A stretch of DNA of 64,000 nucleotides from Escherichia coli (lineage in GTDB: Bacteria > Pseudomonadota > Gammaproteobacteria > Enterobacterales > Enterobacteriaceae), in NCBI RefSeq assembly GCF_030013205.1, contig NZ_CP122648.1. One strand, given 5' to 3'. The position numbers and the translations under genes were made by a program. The notes under the pieces were generated by a model that was given only the letters and a program-made list of their open reading frames with translations, made no database searches and was not told the origin of the DNA. Positions 40,971-52,224 of the stretch are shown one piece after another. Positions within the stretch are counted from its first letter, which is position 1; each line of letters begins with the position of its first letter.

Positions 40971-41782
40971 GGTTTTCCTTGTAATAATTGTTGACCAAGC
41001 CAGAACCCCAGCAGCGTATCTGCCCCTGACGTATGCCCCAGCGCCAGCAGCGAATCAATCGCAACAGCGGTACGTTTCGGGCAACTCAGAGCATGGACAA
41101 AGTGCAGGAGTGGCGAGGCGAAATATCCTTGCGCGGCATAACGTAAATAACTGACGCTCACCGCTGTGGTAACGAGTTGAAGATTGTCGGAACAGGCAAA
41201 AAACTGGCGACCGGAGCGCGTATCTAAAGCGCCATAATACCAGGCCGCCAGCAGCATTCCGCTCAGCGTGTCATCATGACTCGGCGTTAATCCCGGACCT
41301 TTGCCCAGCCAGTGCCGCCAGTCGGTCTTCACGCCATTGAGCGCGGCCTGAAAACAGTGGCGAAACTGGCGTAATTCAGCAGGAAGCGGATCGCCTGCCG
41401 CCAACGCCAGTGGCCCGAAAAGCCCGGTTTCCTCCGCGCGTTGCATCCATGCAGCTGCAAGCGGTTGAGGATGCGCAGGCGGCGTAATACGCAGCAAACA
41501 ATAACGCTGTGGCTGTTTAACCGTGAAACGTCCGAGGCGAATCCCTTGTGCCACAACCTGCGGTTGTTCATTGCCGCATAATCCACCGCATAACGCATCG
41601 AATTGCGCGCGGCGAAGCACCCATCCTCCGGGGCCGAAACCACTACCCTGACGATGCAGTGTTAACAATTCACCGCTTTCCGTCATCAGGTTAATCGCCC
41701 GCCGCCACACGCCCGCTAACCGCCAGGACTGGCGATAATTCGGTGCACTACGGCTGGCAAGCAGAGGATGGATGATCGTCAT
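40967..41782 (-). CDS. ylbF: DUF2877 protein; proposed in the literature as an oxamate carbamoyltransferase component
   Basis: 271-aa product from [11 protein letters not shown]; part of the fdrA-ylbE-ylbF-ybcF cluster. Confidence 0.7.
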   Translation of the reverse strand: MTIIHPLLASRSAPNYRQSWRLAGVWRRAINLMTESGELLTLHRQGSGFGPGGWVLRRAQFDALCGGLCGNEQPQVVAQGIRLGRFTVKQPQRYCLLRITPPAHPQPLAAAWMQRAEETGLFGPLALAAGDPLPAELRQFRHCFQAALNGVKTDWRHWLGKGPGLTPSHDDTLSGMLLAAWYYGALDTRSGRQFFACSDNLQLVTTAVSVSYLRYAAQGYFASPLLHFVHALSCPKRTAVAIDSLLALGHTSGADTLLGFWLGQQLLQGKP

Positions 41783-41792
41783 TGTGCGTTCC

Positions 41793-43052
41793 TCAACCAA
41801 TCCCCATGCTTTCAGCCAGTGCTTCCAGCGCCTGTTCAAAGCACGCCAGCGGTGCCCGCACAGTGCCTGCGCCAATCTGCCCGATCCCCGCCTCTTTATG
41901 GGCGATACCGGTATTGATGAGTGGCGTAATGCCGGTTTCTACCACGCGACGAATATCCAGCCCCAGGCACGCGCCCTGAAAATCCCAGCCGGGGATCTGC
42001 AACTGCATATTGCGTTCAAGGAAGATTTCCGCCATCTCTTCAGATACCGCTCTGGCCGCTTCCATGCCACCCGCACCGACAAAGCGCGTTACGCCAGGCG
42101 CTGCGATCATCGCCGCACCTCCGATACCAAAGGTTTCGGTAATTGCGCTATCGCCCATATCCGGGTTCGCCTGCTCCTGCGAGAAACCGGTGAAAAACAG
42201 ACCTTGGGGAGTGTTTACAGGCGCAGTAAACCAGCGTTCGCCCAGCCCGCTGACCCGAATCCCGAACATATTGCCGTTGCGGGTCATAGCCGTGACGATG
42301 CTGCCTGAGCGGATCATCGCGCCAGCATCCATCGCCGCCTTGCAGTAGGCCATCGCGAGGTTGAGGAAGAACTGATCGGTCACGCTGAGGAAATCCATCA
42401 CTTCCGCAATGTGCTGTTTATCATGATCGAGGCGAGCAATTTGTGGGGCCAGCGTACGCATTAACAGTGCTGAGGAAGCAATATTGCGTTGATGGAACTC
42501 ATCGCCCATGGTAATGCCCTGCGCCATCATCGCGGTGAGATCGATACCGCGCTCCATGCGCCCCAGCGCCGCGCTTAATACTGGCATTAACACATCGCGC
42601 ATCCAGCGATGGCGAGTCAGGACATCTTCGCCGTAAGCGCCAAAACGCATCACTTTGCCGATACCTTCGTTGAGGTTGCAGTACGCCCGGTTGCCGTCGG
42701 TCACGTTCTCGACCACCAGCATCGGCATACTGGCAGAAGTAATGCCGCCCATTGGCCCGACGGCATTCACATGGTGACAAGGAATGAAGTTCACTTCCCC
42801 CTGATCCAGCATTGCCAGCGCCTGCGCTTCATCTTTCGCCCAGCCTTCAAACAGACATGCGCCCACACATGCCCCTTTCATGGGTCCGGTCATCTCCTGC
42901 CAGCACATTGGCGGCCCGGCGTGAAGCAGTGTTTTGCCCTCGTTTAGTTCGCTGATAAGTGAAGAAGCCGGTTGCACATCCAGCCAGTGTGGACGAGCAC
43001 GACGAATTTGTTCGATAACCGCAGCATTGGCTTGCGCCACTGATGTAAACAT
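41793..43052 (-). CDS. ylbE: DUF1116 protein YlbE (single intact ORF here)
   Basis: 419-aa ORF between fdrA and ylbF. Confidence 0.75.
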   Translation of the reverse strand: MFTSVAQANAAVIEQIRRARPHWLDVQPASSLISELNEGKTLLHAGPPMCWQEMTGPMKGACVGACLFEGWAKDEAQALAMLDQGEVNFIPCHHVNAVGPMGGITSASMPMLVVENVTDGNRAYCNLNEGIGKVMRFGAYGEDVLTRHRWMRDVLMPVLSAALGRMERGIDLTAMMAQGITMGDEFHQRNIASSALLMRTLAPQIARLDHDKQHIAEVMDFLSVTDQFFLNLAMAYCKAAMDAGAMIRSGSIVTAMTRNGNMFGIRVSGLGERWFTAPVNTPQGLFFTGFSQEQANPDMGDSAITETFGIGGAAMIAAPGVTRFVGAGGMEAARAVSEEMAEIFLERNMQLQIPGWDFQGACLGLDIRRVVETGITPLINTGIAHKEAGIGQIGAGTVRAPLACFEQALEALAESMGIG

Positions 43053-43061
43053 GGGAACCCC

Positions 43062-44729
43062 TTATTGCAAACGTTCTAATAAACGAGCCAGTTTTTTATT
43101 GCCGCCGGCGACTGGCGACCATTGGTAATGCACAACCGGTTTGCTGGCGCTTTGTAGCGCCAGCGCAAAGCTGCGTAATCCGATGTTAATCACGGCGACG
43201 TTTTCCAGTAATGACGGTGTGTGTTGCTGTGTGGCAGGCGAGAGCGGATGAATTAACGCTGCCGCCAGCAAGGTGGCTTCCGGCAGCGAACTCACGACCG
43301 CGATCCCCGCATCTTCCAGCGTGGCGATTTGTTGCGAGCGGCATTGCGGGTCACGTTCGGTGCCTGTCACCGTGGCAATGGCATACAGTGGTTGATTGTC
43401 TGGACGCGCGGCACAGGCTTTTTGCCAGGCGCTCACCAGCGAGGCGGCAGGATCGGCAGTCGCACCGAAGCCAATCACGACATCAAGCAGCAACACGCGC
43501 ACTTGCGGTTTAGCGCCGAGATCGGCAATTAACAGGTTGCGTAAGGTCGGGTCGATCATCGGATGGGGACGCCCGACGGTGTAAAAATCATCGCCCAGGT
43601 CGAGGATCTGATGTCCGTCGGCGTCGAGCATCATGCCATGTTGATGGGTATCGTCGGCTTCCACGCCAAGGTGTCCGGCAAGTAATCCCGCCGCTTCAGC
43701 AGCCAGCGTACCGCCGGTATACAAACCGCAAATAAATCCGCTGCTGACAGGTGCTATTGCGTTACGTCGCGCCGTGACGCGTGAAAGCAGGCAAGCCAGG
43801 CGTGCGGCCTCATCAAGCGAGGAGGCAAACCAGACATTCTCGTCGCGGGCCACCGCCGGGGTATAACCTAAAAACAGCGCCACCGTCGGTTTGCCAGTTG
43901 CTTTCATGGCATTAACAATTTTCAGACGCACAGCTTCGGCAGGTGGTTTTGAAACAAATGCCAGCACTTCGCTTTTCTCGTCTGCGCTGAGCATTTCCAG
44001 CGCCGTTAGCGCACTGATGCCGCCCACTTCACGGCTGAGGTCGCGCCCGCCAAGACCAATCGCGTGGGTAATTCCCTCCCCTGCCAGCGCAATCTGTGAG
44101 CACACCTCCTGAATCCCGGTACCGGAAGCGCCAATGACGCCAATGTTGCCTTCCGGCATCACGTTAGCAAAAGCCAGCGGCGTGCCGGCAATCATCGACG
44201 TACCGCAGTCCGGCCCCATCACCAGCAAGCCTTTTTCCCGCGCGCGGGTTTTAAGTTGGATTTCATCTTCCAGCGTGACGTTATCAGAGAACATCATCAC
44301 GTTGAGGTTGCGATCCAGCGCCTGATTCGCCAGCTCCGCCGCATACTCGCCAGCCACTGAAATCAGCGCCAGACTGGCGTCGGGTAATTTCTGACAGGCA
44401 CTGTCCCAGCGACGCACCTGCGTCAACGCCTGGCTGCTGCCTGAACCCTGCGCCAGTTGTTTTAGCGCCTCTTCAAGCTGTTGCATAATCGCCTGCGCGA
44501 TCCCCGCATCCGCCGCTTCGCTACGAATTGCCACGCAAATATCGTTCGGCGTGGCGTTATTAAAATCGTCATGCCAGAAACCTGTGGTATCTAATAACGC
44601 TTTATTGGCGGGCGTACCCATCATTACGGAAACATCATCAACATTTTCTGATTCGCTGAGTTTTCGTGAAATAATCATTAAACTGACCGAATCCTGAAAA
44701 CACCCTTTTTTAATAAAGGCGTGGATCAT
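43062..44729 (-). CDS. fdrA: FdrA (succinyl-CoA synthetase-like fold; proposed oxamate carbamoyltransferase component)
   Basis: 555-aa ORF; CoA-ligase-like fold; conserved position. Confidence 0.8.
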   Translation of the reverse strand: MIHAFIKKGCFQDSVSLMIISRKLSESENVDDVSVMMGTPANKALLDTTGFWHDDFNNATPNDICVAIRSEAADAGIAQAIMQQLEEALKQLAQGSGSSQALTQVRRWDSACQKLPDASLALISVAGEYAAELANQALDRNLNVMMFSDNVTLEDEIQLKTRAREKGLLVMGPDCGTSMIAGTPLAFANVMPEGNIGVIGASGTGIQEVCSQIALAGEGITHAIGLGGRDLSREVGGISALTALEMLSADEKSEVLAFVSKPPAEAVRLKIVNAMKATGKPTVALFLGYTPAVARDENVWFASSLDEAARLACLLSRVTARRNAIAPVSSGFICGLYTGGTLAAEAAGLLAGHLGVEADDTHQHGMMLDADGHQILDLGDDFYTVGRPHPMIDPTLRNLLIADLGAKPQVRVLLLDVVIGFGATADPAASLVSAWQKACAARPDNQPLYAIATVTGTERDPQCRSQQIATLEDAGIAVVSSLPEATLLAAALIHPLSPATQQHTPSLLENVAVINIGLRSFALALQSASKPVVHYQWSPVAGGNKKLARLLERLQ

Positions 44730-45045
44730 AACAACTCCTTAAAAATTGCACCCATGGCAATTGCACGAGCAGTGTTAATGTGGCGATTACGGTATCGATG
44801 ACAACGAGTAAATAAGGTGATGAATATCACACAGGGATTATTAACAAAAGAATTCAAATAACCGCCAGGCTATTACGTGTTATTTTTTAATAAGCGTGGT
44901 TGTTTTAAAAACCAGGTTAAAAGCGAGCGGATTATCAAATAAATTCTAACTATATTTTTTTGCCTGTCTGGATCACATAATCCAGATATTTTCCCTGTAT
45001 GTTAATTGCAGTCATGCTTCACACCGTCGTTAAAAAGGAAGACAG

Positions 45046-46095
45046 ATGAAAATCAGTCGGGAAACACTCCACCAGCTAATCGAGAATAAACTCTGCCAGG
45101 CTGGGTTAAAACGTGAGCACGCTGCAACCGTGGCTGAAGTATTGGTTTACGCCGATGCCAGAGGGATCCACTCTCATGGCGCGGTGCGCGTGGAATACTA
45201 CGCGGAACGCATTTCAAAAGGCGGCACCAACCGCGAACCGGAGTTTCGTCTTGAGGAAACCGGGCCGTGTTCGGCAATTTTACATGCCGACAATGCTGCC
45301 GGACAGGTCGCGGCGAAAATGGGTATGGAACATGCCATCAAAACCGCCCAGCAAAAAGGCGTTGCGGTGGTCGGTATCAGCCGGATGGGTCACAGCGGCG
45401 CAATCTCTTATTTTGTACAGCAGGCAGCTCGCGCCGGGTTAATTGGCATTTCGATGTGCCAGTCCGATCCAATGGTGGTGCCGTTTGGCGGCGCGGAAAT
45501 TTACTACGGTACTAACCCACTGGCCTTTGCCGCGCCGGGAGAAGGCGACGAGATCCTTACCTTTGATATGGCGACTACCGTACAGGCATGGGGAAAAGTG
45601 CTCGACGCCCGCTCGCGTAATATGTCTATCCCGGATACCTGGGCGGTCGATAAAAACGGAGCACCAACAACCGATCCATTTGCAGTTAACGCCCTGCTCC
45701 CTGCCGCCGGACCGAAAGGGTATGGCCTGATGATGATGATTGACGTCCTCTCAGGCGTCTTACTCGGTTTACCGTTCGGGCGACAGGTTAGTTCGATGTA
45801 TGACGATTTACACGCCGGGCGTAATTTGGGGCAATTACATATCGTTATTAACCCGAACTTTTTCTCCTCCAGCGAACTATTCCGTCAACATCTTAGCCAG
45901 ACCATGCGCGAATTAAATGCCATAACCCCCGCGCCCGGTTTTAACCAGGTTTATTATCCCGGACAGGATCAGGATATTAAACAACGCAAAGCCGCCGTCG
46001 AAGGCATCGAAATTGTTGATGATATTTACCAGTATTTAATTTCTGACGCGCTTTATAACACGTCATACGAAACGAAAAATCCCTTTGCGCAATAA
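45046..46095 (+). CDS. allD: Ureidoglycolate dehydrogenase
   Basis: 349-aa Ldh_2-family ORF at the head of allDCE. Confidence 0.88.
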   Translation: MKISRETLHQLIENKLCQAGLKREHAATVAEVLVYADARGIHSHGAVRVEYYAERISKGGTNREPEFRLEETGPCSAILHADNAAGQVAAKMGMEHAIKTAQQKGVAVVGISRMGHSGAISYFVQQAARAGLIGISMCQSDPMVVPFGGAEIYYGTNPLAFAAPGEGDEILTFDMATTVQAWGKVLDARSRNMSIPDTWAVDKNGAPTTDPFAVNALLPAAGPKGYGLMMMIDVLSGVLLGLPFGRQVSSMYDDLHAGRNLGQLHIVINPNFFSSSELFRQHLSQTMRELNAITPAPGFNQVYYPGQDQDIKQRKAAVEGIEIVDDIYQYLISDALYNTSYETKNPFAQ

Positions 46096-46116
46096 TTATT
46101 GAGACAGGACTTTCTT

Positions 46117-47352
46117 ATGATTACACATTTCCGTCAAGCCATAGAAGAAACGCTGCCCTGGCTTTCCTCTTTTGGCGCTGACCCAACGGGTGGGATGACC
46201 CGTTTACTTTATTCGCCGGAATGGCTGGAAACTCAGCAGCAATTTAAAAAAAGAATGGCAGCAAGCGGGCTGGAAACACGTTTCGATGAAGTGGGGAATT
46301 TATATGGTCGCCTGAGTGGCACCGAATATCCACAAGAAGTGGTTCTGAGCGGTTCGCATATCGATACCGTGGTTAACGGCGGTAACCTCGACGGGCAATT
46401 CGGCGCGCTGGCGGCGTGGCTGGCAATTGACTGGCTGAAAACGCAATACGGCGCGCCGTTACGTACGGTCGAAGTGGTGGCGATGGCAGAAGAAGAAGGC
46501 AGCCGCTTCCCGTATGTCTTCTGGGGCAGTAAAAATATCTTTGGGCTGGCGAATCCTGACGACGTGCGGAATATCTGTGATGCCAAAGGAAATAGTTTTG
46601 TCGATGCGATGAAGGCTTGCGGATTTACTCTGCCGAACGCCCCACTAACTCCGCGTCAGGATATTAAAGCCTTTGTTGAACTGCATATTGAACAGGGCTG
46701 TGTGCTGGAAAGCAATGGGCAGTCAATTGGCGTGGTGAATGCAATTGTCGGGCAGCGTCGTTATACGGTGACGCTGAACGGCGAATCAAACCATGCAGGC
46801 ACCACGCCGATGGGTTATCGTCGTGATACGGTTTACGCTTTCAGTCGCATTTGCCATCAGTCTGTCGAAAAAGCGAAAAAGATGGGCGATCCGCTGGTTC
46901 TGACCTTTGGCAAAGTAGAGCCGCGCCCGAATACGGTGAATGTGGTGCCGGGTAAAACCACGTTCACCATTGATTGTCGCCATACCGATGCTGCCGTGCT
47001 GCGCGATTTCACCCAACAGTTAGAAAACGACATGCGGGCGATTTGCGATGAAATGGACATTGGTATTGATATCGATTTATGGATGGACGAAGAACCCGTG
47101 CCGATGAACAAGGAACTGGTCGCCACCCTGACAGAATTGTGTGAACGCGAAAAACTGAATTACCGGGTGATGCACAGTGGTGCCGGGCACGACGCACAAA
47201 TTTTCGCGCCGCGCGTGCCGACCTGCATGATTTTTATCCCCAGCATCAACGGGATCAGCCATAACCCGGCAGAACGCACCAATATTACCGACCTTGCCGA
47301 AGGGGTCAAAACGTTGGCACTCATGCTTTATCAACTTGCCTGGCAGAAATAA
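46117..47352 (+). CDS. allC: Allantoate amidohydrolase
   Basis: 411-aa product from MITHFRQAIEETL; M20 peptidase-family motifs. Confidence 0.88.
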   Translation: MITHFRQAIEETLPWLSSFGADPTGGMTRLLYSPEWLETQQQFKKRMAASGLETRFDEVGNLYGRLSGTEYPQEVVLSGSHIDTVVNGGNLDGQFGALAAWLAIDWLKTQYGAPLRTVEVVAMAEEEGSRFPYVFWGSKNIFGLANPDDVRNICDAKGNSFVDAMKACGFTLPNAPLTPRQDIKAFVELHIEQGCVLESNGQSIGVVNAIVGQRRYTVTLNGESNHAGTTPMGYRRDTVYAFSRICHQSVEKAKKMGDPLVLTFGKVEPRPNTVNVVPGKTTFTIDCRHTDAAVLRDFTQQLENDMRAICDEMDIGIDIDLWMDEEPVPMNKELVATLTELCEREKLNYRVMHSGAGHDAQIFAPRVPTCMIFIPSINGISHNPAERTNITDLAEGVKTLALMLYQLAWQK

Positions 47353-47362
47353 GGAGTTATAA

Positions 47363-48148
47363 ATGGGATATTTAAATAACGTCACCGGTTACCGCGATGA
47401 TTTACTGGCTAACCGTGCGATTGTGAAACACGGTAATTTCGCGCTGCTAACCCCGGACGGTCTGGTAAAAAATATTATTCCGGGCTTTGAAAATTGTGAC
47501 GCGACAATCCTCTCCACGCCAAAGCTGGGTGCCTCTTTTGTTGATTATCTGGTCACACTGCATCAAAACGGTGGCAACCAACAGGGCTTCGGGGGCGAAG
47601 GCATTGAAACGTTCCTGTATGTGATCTCTGGAAATATCACTGCCAAAGCCGAAGGTAAAACATTTGCCTTAAGCGAAGGTGGCTATCTTTATTGCCCACC
47701 AGGCTCCTTAATGACGTTTGTTAACGCCCAGGCCGAAGACAGCCAAATCTTTTTATATAAGCGTCGCTATGTTCCGGTAGAAGGTCATGCGCCGTGGCTG
47801 GTTTCTGGCAATGCCAGCGAACTCGAACGCATTCATTATGAAGGCATGGACGATGTTATTCTGCTGGATTTTCTGCCCAAAGAGTTAGGTTTTGATATGA
47901 ACATGCATATCCTCTCTTTTGCGCCAGGTGCCAGCCACGGTTATATCGAAACTCACGTCCAGGAACACGGTGCCTATATTCTTTCCGGTCAGGGGGTTTA
48001 TAACCTCGACAATAACTGGATCCCGGTGAAAAAAGGCGATTACATCTTTATGGGCGCTTATTCCTTACAGGCCGGTTATGGCGTAGGGCGTGGTGAAGCG
48101 TTTAGTTATATTTACTCAAAAGATTGCAACCGCGACGTTGAGATTTAA
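47363..48148 (+). CDS. allE: (S)-ureidoglycine aminohydrolase (cupin)
   Basis: 261-aa cupin ORF, third gene of allDCE; terminator hairpin at 48193-48219. Confidence 0.85.
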   Translation: MGYLNNVTGYRDDLLANRAIVKHGNFALLTPDGLVKNIIPGFENCDATILSTPKLGASFVDYLVTLHQNGGNQQGFGGEGIETFLYVISGNITAKAEGKTFALSEGGYLYCPPGSLMTFVNAQAEDSQIFLYKRRYVPVEGHAPWLVSGNASELERIHYEGMDDVILLDFLPKELGFDMNMHILSFAPGASHGYIETHVQEHGAYILSGQGVYNLDNNWIPVKKGDYIFMGAYSLQAGYGVGRGEAFSYIYSKDCNRDVEI

Positions 48149-48277
48149 GTCATACCACTCGCCTGATTATTTTTAGCTATGTTGGATTTTGCCACGGTTT
48201 ATACCGTGGCTTTTTTTGCGGTAAATTCAGGTAAAAAACGGATGCGGGATAAAATGCATCCGCTCTAATGGCAAGAG

Positions 48278-49423
48278 TCAGTTTTTAATTCCCTGACCTA
48301 TTTTAATGGCGCAGGCAATATTTCGTGCGCTGTTGAAGAGATTGGTTTCACCGCTGGCGAGCACTTCGGCTAAAGGTGCCAGACGTGGCAAAATGCTGAA
48401 CACCGCGTCAATGCCGTACTGGTGCACCACTTCCACGCCATCACCCAATACGCCAGCAATCCCAATCACCGGGACATTAAACTGCTTCGCCACCGACGCC
48501 ACGCCCAGCGGTGCTTTACCACCTGCCGTTTGCGAATCGATGCGCCCTTCCCCGGTGATCACCAGCGCTGCACCCTGCACCGCCTGCTCCAGGTTGACCG
48601 CCCGCAGTACAATCTCAATACCCGGTTTAATATCCGCATTGAGGAATACCGCCGCCGCAATGCCCATCCCGCCCGCCGCGCCGCCGCCCGCCATCTGGCA
48701 GACGTTGATTTCAGTTTGCTGTTGTAAAACACGGGCGTAATTTTGCAGCCCCTGCTCCAGCTCTTCGACCATTTCCGGCGTTGCCCCTTTTTGCGGACCA
48801 AACACCGCCGCCGCACCGCGTGGCCCCACCAGCGGGTTATCAACATCACACGCCACTTCGATATGACAATTTGCCAGACGCGGATCGCATTCATCCATCT
48901 CAATACTTGCCACGCGTGCTAAATTGCCGCCGTTAGCCGCCAGCACCTGACCGTCGGCATCAAGGAAACGCACACCAAGCGCCTGCGCCATGCCCATACC
49001 GCCGTCGACCGTCGCACTGCCGCCAATGCCGAGAATAATATGGCGAATGCCGTTATCCAGCGCATGACGAATCAGCTCTCCGGTGCCAAAACTCGAGGCC
49101 AGCAACGGATTACGCTTTTCAGGCGCGACCAGCATCAGGCCACTTGCTGCCGCCATCTCAATCACCGCCGTTTTCCCGTCGCCGGTAAGGCCATAAAAAG
49201 CATTCACTGTTTCGCCCATCGGCCCGCAGACTTCAAGCGTCACGATGTTGCCGCCCGTCGCGGCGACCATCGCATCCACCGTCCCTTCGCCGCCATCCGC
49301 TATCGGCAAACAGATATAGTGCGCATCGGGAAAGAGGGTCGAAAACCCGGCTTTAATTGCCTGACAACATTTTTCTGCACTTAAGCTCTCTTTAAACGAG
49401 TCTGGCGCAATGACAATCTTCAT
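48278..49423 (-). CDS. glxK: Glycerate 2-kinase
   Basis: 381-aa product from [18 protein letters not shown]. Confidence 0.9.
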   Translation of the reverse strand: MKIVIAPDSFKESLSAEKCCQAIKAGFSTLFPDAHYICLPIADGGEGTVDAMVAATGGNIVTLEVCGPMGETVNAFYGLTGDGKTAVIEMAAASGLMLVAPEKRNPLLASSFGTGELIRHALDNGIRHIILGIGGSATVDGGMGMAQALGVRFLDADGQVLAANGGNLARVASIEMDECDPRLANCHIEVACDVDNPLVGPRGAAAVFGPQKGATPEMVEELEQGLQNYARVLQQQTEINVCQMAGGGAAGGMGIAAAVFLNADIKPGIEIVLRAVNLEQAVQGAALVITGEGRIDSQTAGGKAPLGVASVAKQFNVPVIGIAGVLGDGVEVVHQYGIDAVFSILPRLAPLAEVLASGETNLFNSARNIACAIKIGQGIKN

Positions 49424-49444
49424 TATCAATCCTTTTTCAACAAA

Positions 49445-50752
49445 TTATTCGATGCGTTCCCACGGAATAAGATTATCCATAAGAACAGCCAGTAAAATCC
49501 CGACCAGTAAGCCGTTACTGAGCAGAGGACGCAGCGTTAATGGAAGGTCTTGCAGATACACAGGCGGTAATGCCATTAAAAATATGCCGACAAATAACGG
49601 CAATGCGAGTCGATAAATATTGCGAGCGGTAAACGTGATTTGCTGGCTAAACACCAGCGCGGAAAAGAGTAAAGGCAGATAAGAAACCAGCATGACCGCG
49701 CTACTCACGGGTAAAGGGATACTGCAAAACAGTCGTGTGAGTGCCGGAACCAGCGCCACCAGCAGGCAAATAACGCTGCCATAAATAAACGAATGCCGCG
49801 TGTAATCGCCAGTCTGGGTTAATAAACCAATGGATGAAACAAACGGTGAAAATGGAATTACCGCCAGCGGTACGGTTATCAGCGTCATAAATCCGGTCGC
49901 CACAAAGCTGCGACGATAACGCGTATTCCCCGCGCCCTGCTGCGGATAAAAAACATCCGTGCCACGAATCGCACCGTAGGTATTGCTGATATTAACCAGA
50001 CCTGTAATCACCGCCGTCAGAATAATCCCCGGCGACAAAGCACCTCCACTGCCCAGCGGGAACCACTGCCAGTGCAACTCACCGGAGAGCGAATGCGAAG
50101 AAGGAAAGCAAAAGTACCACAACAACCAGCCGGTTATCGTACCGACCAGCAGGCCATAACGGGCAAAACGTTGCGGCAGAAAGATAATCATCGCCAATAC
50201 CAGGCACATCACCGCGACCGAAAGCGCGAACGGCGGTAACTGAATTTTAAAATTCGGGTCGGCTATGCCAAACGGCAGCCCGAGCATACCTTTGAAAAAG
50301 ATAGTGGTCAGCTGCGCGCCCAGCATCAACATAAACAAGACCATCACCGACGGCGTAAATAACCGCGCCAGACGATGACCTAATCCGCTAAAACCAATCA
50401 ACATCGTCAGCACGCCAGAGAGCGCAATTCCCACAGCCAGGCTGGTAGCGATATCGTTGATCGGTGTCCCGCGCGATGCTTCGCCAAGGGTGATAGTAAG
50501 GATGGTTCCCCACCACAGGCCGCCTGGCCCTTCCATAATAGCGCGACGATGACCGCAGAACGCCTGAGCGAAGCAGGCCAGTGCGGTAGCAAGAAAAGCA
50601 TATTGCGTGAGCGTAAGCAGGCTACTTTGCGGCAACTGAAAAGCAGAAAGTAGCGTAGGAGGAACCACAACCGTGTTGCAAAAAATAAAGAAAAACCACT
50701 GAAATCCTGATAACAGGCTTTCGCGGCTGACTGCAAAATTGAACATAAACAC
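49445..50752 (-). CDS. ybbY: Putative purine/uracil permease (NCS2 family)
   Basis: 435-aa polytopic ORF; start may be two codons downstream. Confidence 0.8.
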   Translation of the reverse strand: MFMFNFAVSRESLLSGFQWFFFIFCNTVVVPPTLLSAFQLPQSSLLTLTQYAFLATALACFAQAFCGHRRAIMEGPGGLWWGTILTITLGEASRGTPINDIATSLAVGIALSGVLTMLIGFSGLGHRLARLFTPSVMVLFMLMLGAQLTTIFFKGMLGLPFGIADPNFKIQLPPFALSVAVMCLVLAMIIFLPQRFARYGLLVGTITGWLLWYFCFPSSHSLSGELHWQWFPLGSGGALSPGIILTAVITGLVNISNTYGAIRGTDVFYPQQGAGNTRYRRSFVATGFMTLITVPLAVIPFSPFVSSIGLLTQTGDYTRHSFIYGSVICLLVALVPALTRLFCSIPLPVSSAVMLVSYLPLLFSALVFSQQITFTARNIYRLALPLFVGIFLMALPPVYLQDLPLTLRPLLSNGLLVGILLAVLMDNLIPWERIE

Positions 50753-50802
50753 ACCTTAACCGGAGAATGCCCGCCGCAAGGACGGGCATTGCAGGGGCCA
50801 GA

Positions 50803-52164
50803 TTACTGCTGATGTTTAAGGATAAATTGACCTTTCGGCGCAACAGGGAAGCCCTGTTCGATGTCGTAAATCACATCACCACGTAAGATGGTTTTCGTGA
50901 TACGCGCGCCAATGGTACGGCCAACATACGGGCTGACTTTGTGGCGATATTCCAGATCGTCATTGGTAAGAACATAGCTGCTATTCGGCTGAATGAAGAC
51001 GAAGTCGGCATCTTTTCCTGGGGCGATACGGCCTTTTTGCTGCAGACCGAAAATATCTGCTGCGTTAGTCGCCATTAATTTGCCGAACATTGGCAGAGAC
51101 ATTCCGCGTTTCTGTACCGCTTCATCGAACATCACGTCCATACAGTTTTGCAGACCGGCAATACCGCCCCATGCTTCCATGATGTTGCCGGCTTTCATTT
51201 CCGGAGGGCATGGTGAGTGGTCGGAAACCAGGCAGTCGATTTCACCGTTAAATAGTTTTTCCCACATGCCTTTCTGGTTTTCCAGATCGCGGATCGGCGG
51301 TGAACACTTCGCCAGAGTACCGATTTCTTCGAACTGATCGGTATCCAGTACAAAGTAATGCGGGCAGGATTCACAGGTAACATCCTGACCTTCCTGACGT
51401 GCACGAGTCACTTCCTCAACACCTTCCGGGCTGCTGATATGGCAAACGTGCAGACGGCAACCAGCAACTTTCGCCAGGTACAGCACGCGGCGAATCGCTT
51501 CCACTTCGGTAAATACCGGACGCGAAGCCACATAGTCATGTGCGGTTACGCGACCTTCACGTTTCGCTTCTTCGCCAAGTTCGTCACAGATCAGCGCGTT
51601 TTCGCAGTGCACCAGCACCGGCTGTCCCAGTTCGCCCAGCTTCTGCGCACCTTTGAAGAACTGCCAGTCATTGACGTCACGGAAGTCGTTGTCGATACCG
51701 CGATCACCACAGGTTGCGACGAAGCATTTGAAGCCGACAACGCCCACTTCATCCAGCTCATGCAGACGGTCGATGTTGTAAGACACCAGGCCACCGAGTT
51801 GCGCCGCATCGATAGTCAGCTTGCCTTTAGCGGCATCAAACTTCAGTTCAATTGAAGCGCGGTCAACCGTTGCAGGCAGCTGGTTGAGCGGCATTTCGAT
51901 CATGGTGGTGATACCACCTTTTGCCGCTGCGCGAGTGCCAGTTTCATAACCTTCCCAGTGGCTACGACCCGGCTCAGAAATATGGGTGTGCGCATCAACC
52001 ATGCCTGGAGAAACCACCAGACCAGACGCATCCATCACTTCTTTTGCATCGCCCAGATCCTGACCGATAGCAGCAATTTTTCCGCCTTTAACGGCGATAT
52101 CTACAACGCGAGCTTCGTTTTCTAAAATAACAGTGCCGTTTTTAATGATTAAATCAAAAGACAT
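50803..52164 (-). CDS. allB: Allantoinase
   Basis: 453-aa product from [14 protein letters not shown]; amidohydrolase metal-binding motifs. Confidence 0.9.
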   Translation of the reverse strand: MSFDLIIKNGTVILENEARVVDIAVKGGKIAAIGQDLGDAKEVMDASGLVVSPGMVDAHTHISEPGRSHWEGYETGTRAAAKGGITTMIEMPLNQLPATVDRASIELKFDAAKGKLTIDAAQLGGLVSYNIDRLHELDEVGVVGFKCFVATCGDRGIDNDFRDVNDWQFFKGAQKLGELGQPVLVHCENALICDELGEEAKREGRVTAHDYVASRPVFTEVEAIRRVLYLAKVAGCRLHVCHISSPEGVEEVTRARQEGQDVTCESCPHYFVLDTDQFEEIGTLAKCSPPIRDLENQKGMWEKLFNGEIDCLVSDHSPCPPEMKAGNIMEAWGGIAGLQNCMDVMFDEAVQKRGMSLPMFGKLMATNAADIFGLQQKGRIAPGKDADFVFIQPNSSYVLTNDDLEYRHKVSPYVGRTIGARITKTILRGDVIYDIEQGFPVAPKGQFILKHQQ

Positions 52165-52224
52165 AACAAACTCCTTGTAAAATACAGATTGGTTTTTTAA
52201 CTCAATGTTCAATATCGGGATTAA

